Assembly: GCA_050575255.1 (NCBI GenBank)
Contig: JBNZDD010013707.1
Location: 2,298,954-2,362,953, forward strand
Length of the DNA: 64,000 nt
From: Harriotta raleighana
Taxonomy: Eukaryota
Direction of reading: 5' to 3'
In this document: piece by piece, positions 1-10,789 of the stretch
Numbering within the stretch: position 1 is the stretch's first letter
How the letters are laid out: each line of letters begins with the position of its first letter
Position numbers and translations under genes: made by a program
The notes under the pieces: generated by a model
Databases searched by the model: none
What the model was told of the DNA's origin: nothing
What the model saw: only the letters and a program-made list of their open reading frames with translations

Positions 1-68
1 CCAGAACTTTTGTGACTTAGTAGTACCTGTATTAACCATATTTTATGTAAAACTTATGTAAACTATTA

Positions 69-432
69 ATACAGGGAATGGCAAACAGCTCTAAAGTGAA
101 TGACCTATTTTTTCTGGAGCAATGTTGGCCAGGTTATTGGGAAGAAACTCTTTTTTTGAATTGTGCTTTGGAATGTTTGTCGTCCGCCTAAACAGGCAAA
201 TAAGGTTTTTTTTAAACATCTCATTCAATAGATAATATGACTGATAATCCATTGCTCAATACACTTTATAGTATAATGAGTGAAGTGCTTTGAGATGTCT
301 CTGGAAGACGTGATCAGCACTGTTATCAAATGCAGGATTATTATTTATTATTCCAGTTTCAGCCTGGACTGCAAACTCAATCTCATCATGGGGCTTGAAT
401 TCACCATCTTCTGACTCAGAAGGCAACCCAGA
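69..432 (-). mobile_element. Old DeuSINE (SacSINE1-like), interrupted by a younger SINE tail at ~260-352 (+)
   Basis: Antisense Deu-domain motifs (gttggccagg..., aaacatctcattc) and antisense tRNA-like head (ggcttgaattcaccatcttctgactcaga). Confidence 0.7.
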
Positions 433-639
433 CTGACATTTTATTCAGCTTGACTCTTTTTAAGTGCTGCAAGACACTCAGCTCATAAAGTCTGATTATA
501 CAAATGCAAGTTGTTGTTGTTGTTTACAAATAAGTGCCACACAGAAAATAGTGGACTTTTCTGACTTTTCTGAACACCCCCCCTCTCTTCCTGCTCTCGT
601 CTCTCCTACTAGCCGGGAAGTGGGCAAATCAAGGCAGCT

Positions 640-910
640 TGGGAGGGAGGCAGAGAGAAATCGGGGAGAGTGGCGGGCGGTGGGAGGAGGGAGCAGAGAA
701 CCACTCGAAGGCAGAGGGGACTTGGGGGCGGGCGGGGGGCAGAGAGCCGCTCGGGGGCGGGGGTGTCTCGGGGAGATGGGGAGCAGAGAGCCACTCAGGG
801 GCAGGGTGGGGGGGGGACTCACGGAGGTCGGGGGCAGAGAACTGCTCAGGGGCAGGGGCGCGGCCTCGGGAAGATGGGGAGCAGAGAGCCGCTTGGGGGT
901 GGGCGGGAGG
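640..910. repeat. G-rich minisatellite, about 5 units of ~45-50 bp
   Basis: Recurring core GGGG(A/G)GCAGAGA(G/A)C(C/T)(G/A)CTC(G/A)GGGGC; explains the stacked spurious ORFs at 464-961. Confidence 0.85.
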
Positions 911-1002
911 TACAACTATAGCTTTAAATATAGCTTTATTGCTATAATAAAATGTTAACAAAGCAGTAAAGCAATTTTAAAAAGCAATAAATCAACAGGG
1001 TA

Positions 1003-2478
1003 GATTTGGCTACATTACTGTAGGATCCTATCTCTCTCTCTCTCTGTCTCTTCTGTTTACCATGCAATACAATAGGATTCTCTGAGGCCGAAGCGTTATT
1101 GTATTTGCCCAGTGTAAAGTTTTCGCACCTTGGAGGGGGGTGAAGCGTTTGTCAGAAACCACAAAATATATACATTTTAAAGAGTTTTATTGTTAAATGC
1201 AGAAAAACATTAGAAAGGATTACATACCATCAGTGGTGCATTATATATCACAGTTACCCGACGCTTCATCAATACTTGTCGCACTTAAATGACAATTAAA
1301 ATGCTATATTAACAAGATTAATCAAAAATCATAATTCTAAACATAAAAGAACCCTTATGTGGTAAGAGATGTGCCTAAGCTGACGGCCCTTGCATGTTGG
1401 GTGCATGTTTTAGTAAGCAGGAAAGATACTATCAAGTAGTCAAGAGGTTGCTCAAAGGACTCGTAGTTTCATTCTGTGGCAGGCCCAAGAATTAAACACA
1501 GTCTCTGACTTGCTTCTGGCTGCAAACATTTTTGGCTTGCTTTTCTCTGCTGCAGTGTTCTTTCCCATCCACTCCAGTGAGAACTAGACCTGCTTCCTTC
1601 CGTGGTCTACTCTGGCAAGAGCTAGTCTAGGATCTCTACCTCTCTTCAGAGGTCCGTTCGTTCCCTTTTTCCTGACTTCTACATTTCTGCTACCATGTTA
1701 TACTTGTAGTGTCTCTGCCACCGTGTTAACTTCTATCATCTCTGCCACCGTGTAAATCTCTCGACGTCTCAAAGAGTTCCACCCAATATTATATATAGTG
1801 TAAAGTGTATATTTGCTAACCTTTTCTTGGCATTCTTCCCTATCTTTGAGTTAGTTACTTTGTATACCTTAAGATTTGCTCCATTCCATCTTATCTAGCC
1901 CGACCAGACCTCCTGACTTACTTGTCCTTGATGGTCTGAACGTTTTCAATAACTGTCTTTGGCTCTGCCTATGTGATTTACTGGTCTGAATATTTCTCAA
2001 TGCTTTCAGCGCTATTCTCCCAATCCTGTTATCTAGTCACATTCAAGTACAAGTCTATCTCAATGTTTCTATAGTGAACTGTGTGTGTATGTTTGTACGT
2101 CCCAAACCACATGACATCTTTTGTTTAATACATTCTAATTGATTCGATTATTCACTATATGATCAATAATACTTATACTAGAATTTCAACTATTTACACC
2201 AGGAATGCATTTCGCGCGGGGCCAACCGAGAAATCATGGGCTTTAGTCGGGATCTGCCGGCCTTGTCAAAAGTGTGCATGCGCGCGGGACCAGCCAGCCG
2301 AGGAATCATCGGATTTAGTCGGGAACTATCGGCGTCTTCACCCGTGCGCATGCGTGCGTGGGCCGGCCAGCACGTATACACAAGTTTTACGCGGGCTGCA
2401 CCAAAAAGTGATGCTTTTGTTTTGTCGCGTGTACTTGAATTCTCAATCGATAATGTCGCGTTCAATGAGGGTTGACTG
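1003..2478 (+). mobile_element. Tigger/pogo-like MITE (family A), left end missing, split by a solo LTR
   Basis: 1031-1095 and 2203-2478 match 46672-46937. Right TIR CGCGTTCAATGAGGGTTGACTG is followed by TA. Confidence 0.8.
1113..2198 (-). mobile_element. Solo LTR, 1086 bp (Gypsy or ERV class unresolved)
   Basis: Termini TGTAAA...TTTACA; exact 4-bp TSD CCAG (1109-1112 and 2199-2202). Minus-strand TATATATAA at ~1788-1796 and AATAAA at ~1185-1190. Confidence 0.88.
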
Positions 2479-3341
2479 TAATAAAGGTCACTTTAGATCA
2501 CTTAGATGATCTGGTTGATAAAACAGTTTTCTTTCGACAGGAATTTGGTGCTTCAGGAATACGTAGTGAGAAATCCATACATGCAGTAAGCCTCTGGTTT
2601 GGTTTGATGTCCTTTAGATTCTGCACAATGTAAGAACAAGGCTGTAGAAAAGATTTGAACGAACAAAATGCTGTCTGTCTTAAAACCCTCCTCAAACTCA
2701 AGTTGAAATGGAGAGGATTACAATTCTTGTGCAGCATCATGAGGATTGTTTAACATATTGTCAATAATTGGCACATAGCTGCTGTGTCCTCCAATATATT
2801 TAGCTCATATATCCATTTTAATATCTTCAATCAGAGGTTCAGTCTTACTGCCAGACAGATTATTATTCTTATCATGGTGTGGCCAATGTTCATATGTTTT
2901 TTTTTAAAAAGTTGAAACATCCCTGCATATCTGCATTTAAGACTCGTGTTTCGAAAATTAAATTGTGTGGTTTAGGGGCTTATTTATTTACGGAGCGCAC
3001 ACAACCTTACATCACTTGTTCAGGGTGAAAAGTCCTGATTTATCCAATAAACAACCATGAAATATTTTGCACTTTCATGTCATTCTTTTCGGTAATCTGA
3101 CTGACACAAGCTTGAGGGTATGGGAGGACTGGGTGGAATCTGTCGTTTGGGGCTATCTTGTATTAATTGCATTCAAATTCCTATTTGGCTGCGTTTTCTT
3201 CAATCTGCTACTGGATACAGAGCGAATTTTAGCAAAATGGATAGGCAGAAAAGAAAGACAGCTTGATAATCGAGAACCTGCAATCTAAAACCCCTATGGA
3301 AAGAAGTGAGGAATTATTACACATTGCTGCGGTGTCAAAAA

Positions 3342-3527
3342 AACAACAACAACAACAACAAAATTACACTTATAGAGCGCGTTTCACGTCAGGAGGACAT
3401 CCCAAGGCGCTGGACAGATTGGTTCAGGACCCAAGCAAAGGAAAATGTTCAGGGCGAGGGGGGAGAAGGGTGGGAGCAAGGAGGGGGTAGAGACTCGAGA
3501 GGGGCGTTGAAGGCACGGTCGAAAACC
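3342..3527 (-). mobile_element. L2 LINE 3' end fragment (young family)
   Basis: (AAC)n tail plus AAATTACACTTATAGAGCGCGTTTCACGTCAGGAGGAC; near identical to 39473-39660. Confidence 0.85.
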
Positions 3528-3560
3528 TGACCACCAAATACTGGAGCTGTAATTATTTCA

Positions 3561-3856
3561 AATAATAATAATACCAATAATACTTGCATTTGATATATTC
3601 TTTTTACGTCTTCTAGACATCTAAAAATGTTTCATGGAATATACTATCAAGTGAATTGACTGTATATTTGTGGGTGAAACGCGGCAGTCAATTGTGCACA
3701 GCAGTAATCCACAAATAGTTGTGGATTGAAATGACCCTTTTTTTTGAGGAATTATTGTTCATGTGGAGCAAGGAAACTTGCTCAAGGTTTCACCCTATCT
3801 GGAATCAAACCCAGGTCTCTCACTTGTAAGGCGAGTGCACTAACTACTGAGCCACA
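3561..3856 (-). mobile_element. tRNA-derived SINE, short form, full length
   Basis: Antisense box A/B head (GGCTCAGTAGTTAGTGC...GGTTTGATTCC), CCTTGAGCAAGTTTCCTT, and tail ATCAAATGCAAG(TAT)n. Confidence 0.85.
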
Positions 3857-4369
3857 TAATCCATAATCTTTGCATTTGACCTAGAGCCTTATCATGTCAT
3901 TGAATCCTCTCAAAGCGCTTCACAGAATACACTACAGAGAACTGAATGTGTATTTTATGGGCAAAATGTGACATTTCACACTGCGCAATTTTTACCCCCA
4001 TCCCCAAATATTCTCCTCTCCACACAGTTAGAGTGTTAAATATTCCCTGAGAATTCACCCAAATGCCTGTTTATGTGCGAGCCTAGACAAAGTGTCAGCA
4101 AGCTGCTAGTATAATCCTTGAATTTAATAGAACACCTGCATTGTTGAAGTTTTTTTTACGGGCTTGACAAATATTTTTTGTCAATTGATGTGACAGTACA
4201 GTTGTAGGGAAATGCAGCAGCTTAGATGGGGTTGGTGGGGGGTTGGGTGGGGTTGGTGGGGGGTTGGGTGGGGTTGGGAAGAAGGTGGAGGAAACTTAAC
4301 CTTTTTCAGATTCTAGGTTCTCAACTATTGTATCAGTCCAATATATAGCTAAGTATAGCTAAGATGATA

Positions 4370-4542
4370 CGAGTTCAATGCCTCAATGTGAGTCTTGAAC
4401 CTGCAGCATTCTATAACAACAACAATAACAAAATTGCATTTATAGAGCGCGTTTCACGTCAGGAGGACGTCCCAAGGCGCTGGACAGTTGGTTTAAATTC
4501 TAACTCAGAGAAGGGAACACTTTCAACTGAGCCAGGCTGACC
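4370..4542 (-). mobile_element. DeuSINE head fragment with a nested ~80-bp L2 tail (4411-4496)
   Basis: gagtcttgaacctgcagcATTCTA[L2 tail]ATTCTAactcagag...actgagcc; apparent TSD ATTCTA. Confidence 0.7.
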
Positions 4543-5216
4543 AACAGTCTTTGTGAATGCATGACTTAACAAAACAAAAGCCTAAATACATTTGAAATAA
4601 AATTGACTTACAATTTTTGTATTTTTGTTTTTTTAATAAATAACTAGGCACTTTTTTCGATTAGTTGCTCAGTTGTACCAGTAATGTTAGATTGCTGTTG
4701 TGGATTCAGTGTGTATCTGGGAAACTACACAACCAACTAGAATCCAAGCCATTATTTTTCTTTCTCTTTTACCTGTTTCAAAGTTGGAATACCATCTGGA
4801 GATGCATTACTTATTCAGTATACATAATTGCCAATTTATATATTGTAGGTTTTGCTTTTACAGGCTTCTGTCAAAACCTGAGTTTTATTTATTCAATGAA
4901 GCTGACTGATAATCAGTTGAGCACAGGGCTATTAATCTATTTAAAGCTGAATTATTGTAAGTATGTAATTGTGATTACCCCAAGAATCATTATCATTTAT
5001 TTTCAGCCCAATAGGTCCACTTGCCCTAATTTTTGTCCGTGTTCTCTTTTCAGTGGATCCTCGTTCATTTCTGATCTGATAAAGTATTGGCAAATTCTCT
5101 CTTCCTGCCAACTTTACTGCTCCCTATCATGCCAGTCGACTGTACCTTTTAACAGAAATCTAAATGAACAGTGAGACAAAGCTTCACAAACATTAAAATG
5201 TTTATTATAGTAATAA

Positions 5217-5580
5217 TCCTGTAAAATAGTGGTTAGAGCACTTGACTCGCAAACAAGAGGACCAAGATTTGATCCCCGGTAGGTGAAACATTGGGCAAGT
5301 TTCCTTACTCCACACCCCTCTGTTTACTCAGCAGTAAGTAGGACCTGGTTGTTGGTCGATTGGCGGATTATTTTTCTAGGGATAATAATCCTTTCAAAAT
5401 AAATAAGCAATAAAGATTTGGTCACTCAATCAATGAAAGTTTGTGGGACACTACTGTGTGCAATTGGCTGCCACATTCCAACAAAATAGAGGCAATTTAC
5501 AGTATATTCTGTGAAGCGCTTTGAGATGTCTCACGGACATGATAAGGCACTCTTATCAAATACAATGCAAGGATTATTAT
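5217..5580 (+). mobile_element. tRNA-derived SINE, long form with CORE-like segment
   Basis: Head AGTGGTTAGAGCACTTGACTCGCAA; TTGGGCAAGTTTCCTTACTCCACACCCCTCTGTTTACTCAGCAGTAAGTAGG; family tail ending GCAAGGATTATTAT. Confidence 0.85.
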
Positions 5581-6069
5581 AGCATCAATGGTTTTAAGAG
5601 GAAACTCAATGATAGTATCAGCAGATGTGGAATAAAGCAAATTTGTCTTCACCACAGCCTCAGAGAATAATATTCCTTTTTGCACCAACGTGATTTCTGT
5701 ATTTTGTGCCCAAATGTCTCGCGGTTCTTGATGCTCATCAAAAAAATGTCTTCACACTTTACAGTAAATCCAGTAAAGCAAGCATTTCCAACATAAAATG
5801 GTGCCATATCAAATGCAAGTGGTGTTATTACAGTATTTATTTCTTCACTCATTTCCTTCACGTGTTCTATTTCTCACATTGCTGCTTTGCAACAGATTGG
5901 TTTGATATCAATAGGATAGATAAAAAATTCTGCTCAGTTGTTCTTGGAAGCTGGCGAGTAAATTTAATTATCTGAGAGCTCGTGTGATTGACTGAAGAGA
6001 TTGAGTAGGTCAGTTAGATAATGTCCACAACACAGTCAATGTATGGTTTATGGAAGAAATGGAATGAAT

Positions 6070-6333
6070 GACTCAACTGGTTAGAGCACTCGCCTCGCAA
6101 GCGAGAGACTGTGGTTTCGATTCCCGGCAGGTCAAAATCTTGGGCAAATTTCCTTACTCAATATGCCTGATAATAATCCCTCAAGAAAAAAAAATCGGTC
6201 ACTTCAATCCACATCTGTTTGTGGGACACTGTTGTGTTCAATTAGCTGCCAAATGTACAATTCACTTTACAGTATATTCCGTGAGACGTCTAGAAGACTT
6301 GGAAAATGCTATATCAAATGCAAGGGTTATTAT
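6070..6333 (+). mobile_element. tRNA-derived SINE, short form
   Basis: TGGTTAGAGCACTCGCCTCGCAAGCGAGAGACTGTGGTTTCGATTCCCGG head plus family body and tail. Confidence 0.88.
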
Positions 6334-7849
6334 AATTTTATTTTGTATTATGTAAAGTAATGTATTTGCTTTTGGTGATGTCTTGCGCCTATTGGAAATT
6401 GTGTTGACACTCTTCAGACTTTAACCTCTATTGGCAGGCTGGAATCAAAGCTAGATCTGAGATTGTTTCTATATCGATTGTATTGACTTTTTCTTAAAAT
6501 AAAGGTTTCAATGCAAATATTGTGAATTATTTTCTTGCTTAAGGTTCGTCTGATTTGGTAAAGATCACTATATTTTCTTTCATTTTCCTCATCTTGCAAA
6601 GTCCCAGCATTACGTTAGATTTTACATTTGGTACAGCACCTTTCACATCAGGGAACCCAAAAGCGATTCACTGGAGATACTATAAACTGTGATGACTGTG
6701 TGTTATGTATAGGCAAACGCAGCAGCCAATGTGGGGGGGAATATGTAATTCATGCAGATGGCGATACTGAAGAGATTGTCCATAATGGTATGTATAAAAT
6801 GACTCAGATTTAGACCATGTTGTGTGAAAAAAAATATTACTTTGGCAAATACACTGAAAGAAAAATGCACTTTTTTAAAAGAACTTTGCTATTTCAAAGT
6901 TCTGTGAGCAAGATAGTGTGATAACTGTAATGTTTTAATTAGTTATAAGAATGCTGTGGCACAACGCCACACTGGGAATCGGCTGAGGTTATTTTAGAAC
7001 TCGCTTCCGAAGAGACTGTTTTTAACACAAAGGTTTTGTAATTTTAAGCACATTGTTCCAGGGAGATGAGAATCCATTGAGACAAGAACCCATTTGAACC
7101 CTAGATATGTGAGACACCACAGGAGGCCTTTTGGCCCATTTGTTTCATGTTGAATCGTTCTTTAAAGAGAGAAGATTCCTTTGGGTTTCAAAATTGCTCA
7201 GCGATGTGATAATGGATTGAAAATGTGCTAAATATGCAAAGTCCAACATTTATTTGCAATCTGGAATTTTTGGTTCGCAAGCCAAAAATTTATGATCACG
7301 CCGCCTCTGCAATAATCTGTTGAGGAATAAGCAGTGTATGATAATGATAATAATTCCCCAGACATTTGGGTTAGTCTCGTGCTTTGTCAGACTTGCAGCA
7401 AGCGTGTTGCAATTAGTGGATCAGTGGATCAATCTCTGATATGTCAATAAAATCATTTCCTGGCTGGTGATATTTTAGGCTATTGGCATGGGGTGCGCTG
7501 GTAATATACCATTCTTCTGTAAGGATATAGGGCGTAACAAAACTAAACATTGTCACGAGATGTAAAAGCATTGCATTTCCTGCAAAACGTGGTGTGTCAG
7601 TTGCTTCTTTATTCATTATGTTATCCCATCTACTACTGTATTGGGAAGTGTGCTTCACAATTCCTTTGTAATCAAATGCAATGGGGCAGAGCATGAAATA
7701 AGAATTATAGGTTGCCTATTTTTCTACCGCTTGGAATATATTGTCTCCATTTAACATTTGCTTTCATGCACTGACTTCTTTTGAGAACAAGCAAACTTTA
7801 GTGTAATGTTTCCTTCAACAGTGTTCTGCACCATTAATACTTGTCAATT

Positions 7850-7980
7850 GATAATAATAATAATAATAATAATAATAATCCTTACATTTGATAAAAGCAC
7901 CTTATCACATCTGCGAGACATCTCAAAATACTTAAGTGTACTATAAAGTGAATTGACTACATATTTTATGGGCGAAAGTG
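7850..7980 (-). mobile_element. SINE 3' tail with expanded (TAA)n microsatellite
   Basis: About 9 TAA units followed by TCCTTACATTTGATA...AAAGTGAATTGACT. Confidence 0.8.
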
Positions 7981-8434
7981 TAGGTCTGAGTGTAGCTGAA
8001 AGATGCAGTGGAGCTCAAACAGGTTTCTTATATAGTACTTGGTAAAGTTTCATTTGAATTTTAATTGTGAGTTTAACAACGTGGTGCATGCATTGCTTCT
8101 GATAGCCTGGTAAAATAATAGTCTAAAGTACTGTGGAAAGAGATCCTCAAAGGCAGGAAGACCATTTAGAAGAGACTTTGGAGGGAAAGCGAGATAAGAA
8201 AAATATCATGGTGTAGCTTTACATACTGTTAGCAAATGAGAATTTCAAATGTAAAGTTGCTGCCTACATTTTAAAACATGAAACTGTACAAATGTTTGTT
8301 CTGTGCTCAGTTAGCTGATCTAAACCAGTGCAGCATTTGCTGTAAATCACCTCAAGAATGTTTTAGATGAAAAAAAGACATTTTAGCTAATTCAGTCTCC
8401 TCCTTCCAGAATTCCTATCCAGTCATCATCCTAT

Positions 8435-8860
8435 CACAGTATCAAGCTGCTTTTTAAAATAAACCCAGCATCCTCATCTCAATCACTCTTCCCGGCAACC
8501 TGTTTAAGTCATTAATTAATGTCTGGTTAATGAAAAACTGGTTAAAGAGGTGGGGGGATAAGATCTGGTTCTATAGGCACTATAATTTCTCCACTTCCCT
8601 CCCTGCACCCACTCAACTTCAGTAAACTGGCATCTACACATGCTTACTTATAAGGGGCTGTGAGAAGTACAACAGAAGAGAGCAACAAGGATGTGTTTGA
8701 CATGAAATTTCCCTTTGCAACCCTTAGCCATGTCCTCTGGTTCTATTATCCTTAACTAATGTTTGGGGTTTACTTTGTCAATCCCAATCAAAACATGTTC
8801 TGCACCCCTATAAGATCCTCTTTGAGACATCTCTGAAAATTGAAGAGCTCCAATTTATCC
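8435..8860 (-). mobile_element. Degraded CR1 LINE 3' fragment, interrupted at ~8547-8694
   Basis: Antisense CR1 motifs tcaatcactcttcccggcaacctgtt... and cttagccatgtcctctggttct...ctataagatcctc. Confidence 0.6.
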
Positions 8861-9046
8861 AATTGTTGTTGGTTGCTCCTTGCTCATATACTGGCAGACA
8901 TCCTTGTTGCTCTCTTCTGTTGTACTTCTCACAGCCCCTTAAAAGTGAGCATGTATAGATGCCAGTTTACTGAAGTTGAGTGGGTGCAGGGAGGGAAGTG
9001 GAGAAATTGTAGCGCCCATAGAACCAGATCTTATTCCCCCCACCTC
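8547..9046. repeat. Long inverted repeat: arms 8547-8694 and 8898-9046, 203-bp spacer
   Basis: Direct reverse-complement comparison gives 6 substitutions and 1 indel over ~148 bp. Confidence 0.95.
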
Positions 9047-10789
9047 GCCCAGTTATGTTGGCTTTGAAAGATCATGAAGTTTAGGCCTGCTGAGGCCAAA
9101 AATTGCTTGGGGTAAAACCTTGTGTTTTGGGAGGGTGAGCAGAATATTACTTCAGTACCAAAACACCAGAATCAATGGGTGAATTATTAACACCAGAAGG
9201 TGGCTGTTGGTCACATAACCTGCTTGCCCATGTGGGCAATGAATGCCTGTTTCACAGTAATTATTAGCTTTGATTTCTCTCTGTGGTTTGTTAATTAACT
9301 CTTTGATGCACTGCTGCTTCCTAATGATATTCATCTTAATTATCCACCCGTGTAATTCCAAGCACAGCGTGCAGTTGTCATCGGGAGTGGACACACATAT
9401 AAGCACATTGTCGGAAATAACTGGGGGGGGGGGATTTGTACAAAGTAATATTGGGTTTTCCATTTCTTCTCTTCATTAGCTAAATATCTATCCAAAATGT
9501 TCTCTATTCTCCTTTGAATCTACTGTAGAATTTCAGAAGCTATGATGAGACAAACTGTCTGAATCATTTATTATAATTATCATTATAATAATTGCAATTG
9601 ATATACCACCTTATCACATCTTCAAGACATCTCCAAGCACTTCATTGAATATACTGCAAAGTGCTGTGACAAAATGTATTTTGTGGACGAACATGACAGT
9701 CAATTTGCATCCATGTTTAAGGAAGACTTTTTTTTAAGGTTCTTTGGAACAGTAATAGAACATTTGTTTCCTCTAACTCTTGATGTGAATTCCGAACCTT
9801 TGGAACATTAGATACAATCCACTACCAAGCTGGCGAAAATGTTTCCTGTCCACTAAATTTGCTTGTGTTTTCCATCAATAATTGATTTGTAGCCATGACG
9901 CATCATTTTATTGAATGCAACACTTCTGCAATCTGACTGGCATTCTGCACATGCAACATGGTGAAAATAGGTTGTTGCCTTATGTTAGACTCAAATTCAA
10001 AGAAAGGTATCCCTTTAAAAGACCTATCGGTCATACACCCACTAAATCTATAATTTAATATATGAGGTGGGGGTGGGAGCAAAGGGTACAGGATTTGCAA
10101 ACGGGATTTGCGACCACAAGCTGACATTTAATTTTAAAATTTGCCAAAAGGGTAATTGAGATTCCCCAAAGTTGCAAATTCAAAAACAAAAGCCAGGTTG
10201 GCAATCACTATTGTATTGTGTGCTGCAGTAGATCTATTTTTGTCCCTGCATTGGTACTGCTTGTTTGATGTTTTTTATTTACTGACAGTAAATTGTTATC
10301 GTGAGGTACAGGATGACTGGTACATATTTTAACATGGCACATTGAATGACTACGCCAGCAAATGAATTTGGAAGCTTTCCTGTGCATTTGTTGTACAACA
10401 CAACTGCTGGCATTGTCTAGAATAAATCTAACCATTGGAGTGATTAATACATAACTTGTGTGCTAATATATGGATATTTATGCTGACAGTCGGCCTTCCA
10501 GTGTCTGCACAGTTGGCTGGGTAAATGCCATTTGTTTTAATCCCAACACAATGTGCACCATCAATGTGTGTTTACCAAAGAGTGATGAGAGTTTGGTCCA
10601 CTGAAAGGCTGCTTAACATTTAAATTTAAAAGTTAAATTGACAGAAAGAGAGAGAGATTCAGACTAAAGTGGTATTTAGACTCTCTGTCTTTGACTGTGC
10701 TTCCCTTCCTCTCTTTCTACCCCATAGCAACTCCTTCCCAGCTGGGTTTCCACTCAGCACGTTCTGCTAAAGCATGTTGAGACACTCTC

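Noticed and set aside
464-961. Six overlapping ORFs up to 164 aa
   Set aside because: Artefact of the stop-poor G-rich minisatellite; low-complexity Gly/Arg/Pro translations.
2159-2509. Overlapping ORFs in a CpG-rich stretch resembling a promoter (NRF1-like GCGCATGCG motifs)
   Set aside because: The stretch is the internally repeated 3' part of MITE family A; the same sequence occurs at 46740-46937.
4665-5174. 169-aa ORF, the longest in the track
   Set aside because: TTG start, AT-rich random-like composition, no recognisable domain.
6070-6135. tRNA-like cloverleaf
   Set aside because: It is the head of a multi-copy SINE followed by the SINE body, not a standalone tRNA gene.
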